DNA from: an uncultured Erysipelotrichaceae bacterium
Lineage (GTDB): Bacteria > Bacillota_I > Bacilli_A > Erysipelotrichales > Erysipelotrichaceae
DNA length: 6,310 nt
Direction: 5' to 3'
NCBI GenBank assembly: GCA_964457525.1
Contig: CAYWGS010000086.1
Location: forward strand, 1 to 6,310
A program made the position numbers and the translations under genes. Below are positions 1-5,853 of the stretch, one piece after another (the first letter of the stretch is position 1; each line of letters starts with the position of its first letter). Below the pieces are notes generated by a model. That model made no database searches and was not told the origin of the DNA. It worked only from the letters and a program-made list of their open reading frames with translations.

Positions 1-18
1 AGAAAGAGGAACAAAAAA

Positions 19-72
19 ATGAAAAAACTAACAATATTATTTATTTTATTAGCATTAACATTAAGTGCATGT
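19..72 (+). other. Lipoprotein signal peptide with lipobox L-S-A-C (lipidated Cys18)
   Basis: Two Lys residues at the N-terminus are followed by the hydrophobic stretch LTILFILLALT and then LSAC. Codons 61-72 read tta agt gca tgt. This fits the signal peptidase II lipobox pattern [LVI][ASTG][GA]C. Confidence 0.8.
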
Positions 73-786
73 TCAGCTCCTGCTGAAGATGTACAAGAAG
101 AAGTTAAACAAATCACAGTATTAACTTCACCAGATTATCCTCCATTTGAATCAATCGATGCGACAGGAAATTATGTTGGTTTCGATATTGAACTTATGGA
201 AGCAATCGCAGAAATTATGGGTGTTGAAGTTGTTTGGAAGGAATCATCCTTTGATGGAATTATTGCTGGATTAACTGCTGGTCAAGGCGACATGGCAATT
301 TCTGGTATGAATGTAAACGCTGAACGTTTATTATCTGTAGATTTCTCTGATATTTATAAAGATGGAGAAGCATTATATACTGCAGTCGTTCTTACTGAAA
401 AAGGTTATACAACTATTGCGGATCTCACTGGTTTAAAGGTTGGTGTTCAAACAGGAACAATCCAAGAAGCTGCTATGTTAACACTTAAAGACAAATACAA
501 CCTTACTATTGATTCACGTGCTTCATTCTTAACAATTATTGAAGATATTAAATTAGGACGTTTAGATGCATTAGTCATCGATTATGAAAATGCGACACAA
601 TATTCAATCGCAAATCCTGAATTAGGTACATTCAAAGTTGAAGATGTTGATTTAGATCAAGATGGTGGAACTGCTGTGGCATTTCCAAAAGGATCTGAAT
701 GGACTGTTAAAGTCAATGAAGCTTTAGCTCAATTAAAAGAAAATGGAAAATTAGCTGAATTAGAAACTAAATGGTTTGGTGAGTAA
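19..786 (+). CDS. Polar amino-acid ABC transporter substrate-binding lipoprotein (family-3 solute-binding protein)
   Basis: The 255-aa ORF is preceded by the SD AAGAGGA (4-10). The N-terminus MKKLTILFILLALTLSAC is a lipoprotein signal peptide. The mature part carries family-3 solute-binding hallmarks: LTSPDYPPFE, GFDIELMEAIA, FDGIIAGLTAGQGDMAISGMNVNAERLLSVDFSDIY and the C-terminal ELETKWFG. The ligand cannot be assigned from sequence. No permease or ATPase gene follows it in this window. Confidence 0.85.
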   Translation: MKKLTILFILLALTLSACSAPAEDVQEEVKQITVLTSPDYPPFESIDATGNYVGFDIELMEAIAEIMGVEVVWKESSFDGIIAGLTAGQGDMAISGMNVNAERLLSVDFSDIYKDGEALYTAVVLTEKGYTTIADLTGLKVGVQTGTIQEAAMLTLKDKYNLTIDSRASFLTIIEDIKLGRLDALVIDYENATQYSIANPELGTFKVEDVDLDQDGGTAVAFPKGSEWTVKVNEALAQLKENGKLAELETKWFGE

Positions 787-816
787 TTGTTGAAAAACAC
801 TGTCCTGTGTTATAAT
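787..816 (+). promoter_or_regulatory. Putative sigma-A type promoter with extended -10 (TGtTATAAT) for the Asp23-family gene
   Basis: A perfect TATAAT lies at 811-816, preceded by TG at 808-809 (extended -10). The -35 candidates are TTGTTG at 787-792 (18-nt spacer) or TTGAAA at 790-795 (15-nt spacer). The predicted TSS is near G823, giving a leader of only about 10 nt that starts with the SD. AT-rich DNA yields such matches by chance, and there is no experimental support. Confidence 0.45.
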
Positions 817-850
817 GTCCATGGAGAACATTATGGCACAGGACTTTATT
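802..850 (+). terminator. Long hairpin (17-bp stem, 9-nt loop) plus T-tract; candidate intrinsic terminator of the upstream lipoprotein gene and/or translational-control structure for the Asp23-family gene
   Basis: The left arm GTCCTGTGTTATAATGT (802-818) pairs with the right arm ACATTATGGCACAGGAC (828-844). That gives 15 Watson-Crick pairs plus 2 G-U pairs (T810-G836, T811-G835). The loop CCATGGAGA (819-827) contains the SD GGAG. The stem is followed by TTTATTAAAATT (845-856). It begins 16 nt after the TAA stop at 784-786. Confidence 0.45.
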
Positions 851-1156
851 AAAATTACACAAGCAGAACAACTAGGTTTTACTTCCATTAAAAAGGAAGT
901 ATTTAATTCGATCGCATATATTGCGACTCAAGAAGAGAAAAGAGCGTTATGCGAAAAGAACTCTTCTGTAACAAGCAGAATCAATGATAATCAATTATTG
1001 ATTAAAATTGATGTAAAAATTCAATATGGTCAAAATGTAACGGATGTTTCAAACTCGATTCAATCGAAAGTTACGCAATCCATCGAGCAAATGACTGGGC
1101 TTGTTTGTCGAAATGTTGACGTTAATGTCATTGGTTTTGTTTTTAACGCCCAATAG
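833..1156 (+). CDS. Asp23/Gls24-family (alkaline shock protein-like, DUF322) protein, YqhY-type
   Basis: The reading frame matches the ORF-track entry 815-1156. I moved the start to ATG 833 (107 aa) because GGAG (823-826) lies 6 nt upstream. ATG 815 sits inside the TATAAT box, and ATG 821 has no SD. Family pattern: IKKEVFNSIAYIATQEE ... IKIDVKIQYGQNVTDVSNSIQSKVTQSIEQMTGLVCRNVDVNVIGF. Its position directly upstream of nusB matches B. subtilis yqhY. Confidence 0.85.
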   Translation: MAQDFIKITQAEQLGFTSIKKEVFNSIAYIATQEEKRALCEKNSSVTSRINDNQLLIKIDVKIQYGQNVTDVSNSIQSKVTQSIEQMTGLVCRNVDVNVIGFVFNAQ

Positions 1157-1169
1157 GGCGTTTTTCTTT
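1145..1169 (+). terminator. Rho-independent terminator after the Asp23-family gene (stop codon lies inside the hairpin)
   Basis: AACGCCC (1145-1151) pairs with GGGCGTT (1156-1162) around the 4-nt loop AATA (1152-1155). It is followed by TTTCTTT (1163-1169). The TAG stop (1154-1156) spans the loop/stem junction. The stem core is GC-rich in an otherwise AT-rich context. Confidence 0.7.
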
Positions 1170-1194
1170 GATAATTTAGAAAGTGAGATTGACT

Positions 1195-1578
1195 ATGAAC
1201 CGTCATATGCAACGACAAAAAGCAATAGAATGCTTATATATTCATTTATTGCTTAATAAACCTTTAACCCAAATAATGGATGATTATGAATTTGATATCA
1301 GTCAAGAGGAAGGTAAGTTTGTATTACTTAATCTTGAATTTATCGAAATTAATGAAGAAGCTTTAATTGAAAAAATTAATCCATTACTTCAATCTGAGTG
1401 GGCATTTGAACGATTAGCTTATGTCGATCAAGCGATTCTATTATTAGCTGTCTGTGAACTTGAACGTAAACTTTCTGATAAAGCGATTGTTATCGATGAA
1501 GCGGTAGAACTTGCTAAACTTTATTCAGATGAAGAAGCCTATAAATATATTAATGCGGTTCTAGATAAATATGAGTAA
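1195..1578 (+). CDS. nusB: Transcription antitermination factor NusB
   Basis: The ORF-track frame is 1183-1578 with a GTG start. I prefer ATG 1195 (127 aa), because the SD-like AAGTGAG (1181-1187) lies about 7 nt upstream. NusB pattern: N-terminal RQKAIECLY, then ERLAYVDQAILLLAVCEL ... IDEAVELAKLYSDEEAYKYINAVLDKY. It sits in the conserved position before xseA. Confidence 0.9.
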   Translation: MNRHMQRQKAIECLYIHLLLNKPLTQIMDDYEFDISQEEGKFVLLNLEFIEINEEALIEKINPLLQSEWAFERLAYVDQAILLLAVCELERKLSDKAIVIDEAVELAKLYSDEEAYKYINAVLDKYE

Positions 1579-2893
1579 TTCAATTTGGTCAGTTAGCACT
1601 CTATTAAATACGGTTAAGTCAACTTTGGATCAAAACGTTATTTTAAAGTCGTTTTGGTTAAAAGGTGAGATATCAAATTTCACAGCGCATAGTTCTGGCC
1701 ATTGGTACTTTTCTTTGAAGGATGAACAAGCACGAATTAGTTGTGTTATGTTTCAAGCATATACAAAAGAAGTAATTTTCAAACCGAAAAATGGAGATAA
1801 AGTACTTGTTAGAGGATCTATATCCGTTTATAGCCTTCAAGGACAACTTCAATGTTCGGTTTTTTCTATGCAAAATGATGGGATAGGCGATTTATTCATT
1901 CAATATGAGAATTTAAAAAAGAATTTATTCTCAGAAGGATTATTTGATGATTCAAGAAAAAAAGTACTACCTAAATTTCCTGAATCTATTGGGATAATTA
2001 CAGGTAATAATACAGCTGCTTTACAAGATATTTTAAAAACGATTCAAAATCGTTGGCCGATTGTAAATTGTACTGTTTATCCTTGTTTAGTCCAAGGAGA
2101 ACAGGCACCAAATTCGATCATTAAGCAATTAAAAAATGCCGATAACAAACATGATGTTTTAATATTAGCGCGTGGTGGTGGTTCTATTGAGGATCTATGG
2201 GCATTTAATGATGAAAGATTGGCACGTGTTATATTTGATTTATCGACACCAATCATAACCGGAGTCGGCCATGAAACAGATACTACGATTGTTGATTATG
2301 TTTCTGATTATAGAGCCCCAACTCCGACGGGTGCTGCACAAATCGCTACTCCAAATTTAGAAGAAATACGACGTTTAGTTAATCGAAATGAGTTTGATTT
2401 ACGCCGGATCATGAATGATTCTATAAAGCAGAATCAAAAACGATTAGATTTAATCAAACAAAATAGATTTATCCAATCACCGCAAAATTTATGGCAACAT
2501 CATCAGTTAGAATTGTCAATGTTAACACATAAGCTTGCATCACAGAATATTGTTTTACAAAGTAATAAAAATCGCTTAAACTCACTTAAAACAAAACTTA
2601 ATCAGATTGCTTTAACACAATCCAAATTATCTTCTACTAAGCTTCAACAACTCCAAATTGAGTTAAATCATAGTATTCATGTATATAAAGAGAAACGAAA
2701 CTATGAATTTAAAAATACAATTAATGTACTTAATGCCTATTCACCGCTCAATAGTTTAGCTCGTGGATATAGCATCACAAAACAAGCCGGGCATATCATT
2801 AAAACCGTTGAAGAAGTTGATTATAACCATGACTTAGAAATTCGATTGTTTGATGGAACAATCCTTACTAAACCATTAAAAAAAGGAGAATAA
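1571..2893 (+). CDS. xseA: Exodeoxyribonuclease VII large subunit
   Basis: The 440-aa product has an N-terminal OB-fold signature: FWLKGEISNFTAHSSGHWYFSLKDEQARISCVMF. The catalytic region reads IGIITGNNTAALQDIL, ARGGGSIEDLWAFNDERLARVI and ITGVGHETDTTIVDYVSDYRAPTPTGAA. A long Q/L/N/K-rich helical C-terminal segment is typical of XseA. The start overlaps the nusB stop in ATGAGTAA (1571-1578). Confidence 0.95.
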   Translation: MSNSIWSVSTLLNTVKSTLDQNVILKSFWLKGEISNFTAHSSGHWYFSLKDEQARISCVMFQAYTKEVIFKPKNGDKVLVRGSISVYSLQGQLQCSVFSMQNDGIGDLFIQYENLKKNLFSEGLFDDSRKKVLPKFPESIGIITGNNTAALQDILKTIQNRWPIVNCTVYPCLVQGEQAPNSIIKQLKNADNKHDVLILARGGGSIEDLWAFNDERLARVIFDLSTPIITGVGHETDTTIVDYVSDYRAPTPTGAAQIATPNLEEIRRLVNRNEFDLRRIMNDSIKQNQKRLDLIKQNRFIQSPQNLWQHHQLELSMLTHKLASQNIVLQSNKNRLNSLKTKLNQIALTQSKLSSTKLQQLQIELNHSIHVYKEKRNYEFKNTINVLNAYSPLNSLARGYSITKQAGHIIKTVEEVDYNHDLEIRLFDGTILTKPLKKGE

Positions 2894-2894
2894 T

Positions 2895-3107
2895 ATGACA
2901 AAGAATTTAAATTTTGAACAAGCAATGATGCGTTTAAATGAGATTATTGAAACTTTGGAAAGAAGTGGTAGTGACTTAGAAACGTCAATTGATTTATTTG
3001 AGGAAGGATTAAACCTCGTCAAACAATGTGATAAACAGTTAAAAAACTTTGAAAATAAAGTATCCGAATTAATGGTGAAATACAACGATGAAGCAGATAC
3101 TAAATAA
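2895..3107 (+). CDS. xseB: Exodeoxyribonuclease VII small subunit
   Basis: The 70-aa product shows the typical XseB pattern: NFEQAMMRLNEIIETLERSGSDLETSIDLFEEGLNLVKQCDKQLKNFENKV. A strong SD AAAGGAGA (2882-2889) lies 6 nt upstream. The start is 1 nt after the xseA stop. Confidence 0.95.
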   Translation: MTKNLNFEQAMMRLNEIIETLERSGSDLETSIDLFEEGLNLVKQCDKQLKNFENKVSELMVKYNDEADTK

Positions 3108-3951
3108 TTTCATAGAGGTTTTTAATAATCACCTAATTTCAAGCTTAGATTCTGTTTCTAATTCTTTTGTTAAAGATGCAATGCAATATGCATTATCTTC
3201 AGAAGGAAAGCGTTTAAGACCTTTTTTAGTCTACTCTGTTTCGAATCGTGATATGAATGATACAATTTTATTGGATGTTTGTACCGCAATTGAAATGGTT
3301 CATACTTATTCATTGGTTCATGATGATTTACCTGCAATGGACAATGACGATTATCGTAGAGGAAGATTAACCACTCATAAAATGTATGATGAAGCAACTG
3401 CTATTTTAGCAGGGGATGCACTATTAACTTATGCATTCTATTTAATCTCCAATCTTAATTTATGTGCAGAAGATCGAATTGAGTTAATTAAAGTTTTATC
3501 AGATGCATCAGGAGCGAATGGAATGATTCTTGGACAAGCTCTAGACATATTAAATGATGCGAATTCAAATTTAAATATTGATGAACTTTATCAACTTTAT
3601 ATCAATAAAACTGGTAAGTTATTTTCATCCGCACTGCAAATGGGAAATATACTTGCGAAAAAACCAATAAAACAAAATAGTTTTGAAACTATTGGACATA
3701 AAATTGGTATTGTATTTCAAATTCAAGATGATTACTTAGAAAATACGTCTACGTTTGAAGTTTTGGGTAAATCAAACCAAAGTGATATCACTAATCACAA
3801 GAATACAGTTGTATTAAGATTAGGGCTTGAAGCTTCAAAAACATTGATTAACAATTTATATGATGAGTTAAATCATGATATAATAACTCTGTCGCAAAAT
3901 TATCCTAATCTAATAGGAATTGTTAATTGGATGAAAGATCGAAATAAATAA
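3088..3951 (+). CDS. ispA: (2E,6E)-farnesyl diphosphate synthase (short-chain trans-prenyltransferase)
   Basis: The 287-aa product has GKRLRP, the first Asp-rich motif DDLPAMDNDDYRRG (3322-3351 plus flank), KTGKLF, the second Asp-rich region FQIQDDYLE (SARM 3727-3741) and GKSNQSD. An aromatic Tyr lies five residues before the first motif (HTYSLVHDD), the known determinant for a C15 product. The SD-like GGTGA (3074-3078) lies upstream. The gene overlaps xseB by 20 nt. Confidence 0.9.
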   Translation: MKQILNNFIEVFNNHLISSLDSVSNSFVKDAMQYALSSEGKRLRPFLVYSVSNRDMNDTILLDVCTAIEMVHTYSLVHDDLPAMDNDDYRRGRLTTHKMYDEATAILAGDALLTYAFYLISNLNLCAEDRIELIKVLSDASGANGMILGQALDILNDANSNLNIDELYQLYINKTGKLFSSALQMGNILAKKPIKQNSFETIGHKIGIVFQIQDDYLENTSTFEVLGKSNQSDITNHKNTVVLRLGLEASKTLINNLYDELNHDIITLSQNYPNLIGIVNWMKDRNK

Positions 3952-3952
3952 T

Positions 3953-5818
3953 ATGCTAAAAATACATGATATAGAAAACCCAGAGTTTCTAAAAGATTTA
4001 AATATTGACGAGCTAAAAACATTATCTACGGATATTCGTTCTTTTTTAATAGAAAACGTATCTAAAACAGGTGGACATTTATCGAGTAATTTAGGTGTAG
4101 TTGAACTAACTGTAGCGCTACATCGTCTTTTTGATTTTAAGGAAGATAAAATTGTTTTTGATGTAGGACATCAATCTTATGTACATAAAATTCTTACGGG
4201 TAGAGCTAAAGACTTTCCTCGATTAAGACAACTACATGGTTTATGTGGCTTTCAAAAAATGAGTGAAAGCCCTTATGATGTATGGGAAGCTGGCCATGCA
4301 GGAACAGCTTTATCTGCTGCGTTAGGTATGGCATTAACTCGTGATTTCGAACATAAAAATCATAGCGTTGTCGCTATCGTTGGAGATGGAGCAATCCCTA
4401 ATGGTATGTCATTTGAAGCTTTAAACCATATTGGTGAAGCTAAATCGAATTTGATCGTTATTTTAAATGATAACAATATGTCAATTTCAAAGAATGTTGG
4501 AGCTTTATCACATACCATTGCACGTTTACGTAATAGTAAATCTTATGTAAGTGTTAAGAATGATATGAAAGAAGTTTTAAATAAAAATGTTGTTGGGGCG
4601 ACTGTCCTTAAAGGAATGCGAGTTGTTAAGGATTCAATTAAACGTACAGTTGTGAAACCTTCCATTTTTACTGATATGGGACTTGAATATTTTGGACCTG
4701 TTGATGGACATAATTTTAGTGAGTTATTTAATGCATTAAGTTCTGCTAAAGAACATGAAGGGCCTGTTTTAGTGCATGTTATTACGACTAAAGGTAAAGG
4801 ATTCAGCCCATCTGAAAACGATCATAATGGTCGTTGGCACGGTGTTAATCAGTTCGACCCAGATACAGGTAATAATTTAGGTGAATTGCCACTAAACCAT
4901 TTATCTTGGTCTGAAATATATTCAGAAACTTTAATCCGTTTAGCTAAAAAAGATCCTAAAATTATGGTGTTAACACCTGCTATGTGTCAAGGTAGTAAAT
5001 TAGAGAAATTCTTTGCGCTCTATCCAAATCGAAGTTTTGATTGTGGTATAGCGGAAGAACATGCGGCTACTTTAGCTTCTTCGATGGCTTTAAATGGCTT
5101 AAAACCATTCTTATCCATTTATTCTACTTTCTTACAAAGAGCTTATGATCAAATCAACCATGATATTGCACGTATGGAGAGTCCAGTTGTAATAGGGATT
5201 GATCGTAGCGGTTTAGTAGGGGAGGATGGTCCAACTCATCATGGTGTATTTGATGTGGGTATACTTCGACCACTTCCAAATATGATTATTGCTCAAGCTA
5301 AAGATGCTACCGAAGCTCAAAATCTTTTATATACAGCATTTTCATTAAGAAGACCATATGCAATACGTTATCCTAGAGGTAGCGCAATATACCATGAAAA
5401 TGAGTCTTTGAGTTTAATTGAAACTGGAACTTGGACAGTTCTTGGTGATTTAGATAAAGCAAGTGCTATTGTTATAGCGTATGGTCCAGATGTTGATAAG
5501 ATTCGAGTTAAAGCAGATTCAAATGGTATTAACATAGCTGTTGTCAATGCTCGATTCTTTAAACCTTTAGATGATAATACTTTAAGTAAGATTGTTCAAT
5601 TAAATAAGCCAACAATTGTTTATGAAACAGATATGTTAAGTGGTGGATTGGGTTCTGCTATATTGGAGTGGTTAAATCAACACCATCTAAGTCTTAATAT
5701 TAAAAGAATTGGTATTGAAGATCACTTTGTAACACATGGTTCTCTACCAGAATTAAGAAAATATGAAAATATTGATATTAATTCTTTATTTGAGTGTGTA
5801 AATCAGTTAATTAAATAG
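3953..5818 (+). CDS. dxs: 1-deoxy-D-xylulose-5-phosphate synthase (MEP pathway, ThDP-dependent)
   Basis: The 621-aa product has GGHLSSNLGVVELTVALH, DVGHQSYVHKILTGR and GHAGTALSAALGMA. The ThDP-binding motif is GDG-X25-NDN (VGDGAIPNGMSFEALNH...ILNDNNMSIS). Further matches are GPVDGHN, TTKGKG, IAEEHA, IYSTFLQRAYDQINHD, DRSGLVGEDGPTHHG and RYPRG. The start is 1 nt after the ispA stop. Confidence 0.97.
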   Translation: MLKIHDIENPEFLKDLNIDELKTLSTDIRSFLIENVSKTGGHLSSNLGVVELTVALHRLFDFKEDKIVFDVGHQSYVHKILTGRAKDFPRLRQLHGLCGFQKMSESPYDVWEAGHAGTALSAALGMALTRDFEHKNHSVVAIVGDGAIPNGMSFEALNHIGEAKSNLIVILNDNNMSISKNVGALSHTIARLRNSKSYVSVKNDMKEVLNKNVVGATVLKGMRVVKDSIKRTVVKPSIFTDMGLEYFGPVDGHNFSELFNALSSAKEHEGPVLVHVITTKGKGFSPSENDHNGRWHGVNQFDPDTGNNLGELPLNHLSWSEIYSETLIRLAKKDPKIMVLTPAMCQGSKLEKFFALYPNRSFDCGIAEEHAATLASSMALNGLKPFLSIYSTFLQRAYDQINHDIARMESPVVIGIDRSGLVGEDGPTHHGVFDVGILRPLPNMIIAQAKDATEAQNLLYTAFSLRRPYAIRYPRGSAIYHENESLSLIETGTWTVLGDLDKASAIVIAYGPDVDKIRVKADSNGINIAVVNARFFKPLDDNTLSKIVQLNKPTIVYETDMLSGGLGSAILEWLNQHHLSLNIKRIGIEDHFVTHGSLPELRKYENIDINSLFECVNQLIK

Positions 5819-5853
5819 GGAATTCAATTATAAATTCGTATAAGGGTAATACA

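Noticed and set aside
13-19. Homopolymeric A7 tracts as possible phase-variation switches: 13-19 between the SD and start of the lipoprotein gene, plus 1957-1963 and 2878-2884 in xseA
   Set aside because: Runs of 7 A are short and common in AT-rich genomes. There are no longer tracts, no tandem repeats and no sign of frameshifted variants.
19-786. Orphan substrate-binding protein gene as a sign of an unusual transporter or signalling role
   Set aside because: The gene sits at the window edge, so cognate permease and ATPase genes may lie just upstream. Unlinked SBP lipoproteins are also common in Bacillota. It cannot be evaluated from this window.
789-814. Possible sigma-B type promoter upstream of the Asp23-family gene (GTTGAA ... 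GTTATA)
   Set aside because: asp23 is sigma-B dependent in staphylococci, but the match to GTTTAA-N12-15-GGGTAT is poor here, with no GGG in the -10. A housekeeping extended -10 fits much better.
815-832. ORF-track start codons ATG 815 and ATG 821 for the Asp23-family gene, and GTG 1183 for nusB
   Set aside because: ATG 815 lies inside the TATAAT box, and neither ATG 815 nor ATG 821 has an SD. ATG 833 has GGAG 6 nt upstream. For nusB, GTG 1183 is itself part of the SD-like AAGTGAG that serves ATG 1195. The longer forms cannot be excluded without N-terminal proteomics.
1168-1196. TTGATA-N17-GACTAT promoter-like pair in front of nusB
   Set aside because: The -10 matches only 3 of 6 positions and overlaps the nusB start codon. 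Transcription from it would remove the SD and the AUG.
1711-1721. Second boxA-like string TTCTTTGAAGG inside xseA
   Set aside because: It encodes the highly conserved XseA motif YFSLKD (tac ttt tct ttg aag gat), so protein constraint explains it. I kept it as a warning that boxA-like matches arise by chance in this composition.
1673-1873. 66-aa minus-strand ORF antisense to xseA
   Set aside because: It lies wholly inside the strongly supported xseA frame. Its composition is low-complexity and its start has no SD. Antisense open frames of this size are expected by chance in AT-rich coding DNA.
2876-3085. 69-aa minus-strand ORF covering almost all of xseB in antisense
   Set aside because: xseB on the + strand has clear family motifs and a strong SD. 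The antisense product is an F/K/S/I-rich, low-complexity string with no recognisable motif or RBS.
3170-3397. 75-aa minus-strand ORF antisense to the 5' part of ispA
   Set aside because: It overlaps the region encoding GKRLRP and the first Asp-rich motif of ispA. It has no independent coding signal.
5820-5837. Inverted repeat GAATT-N8-AATTC in the dxs-recN spacer (possible terminator or LexA site)
   Set aside because: It has only 5 AT-rich base pairs and no T-tract, so it is not a credible terminator. Its sequence and spacing do not fit the GAAC-N4-GTTC Cheo box.
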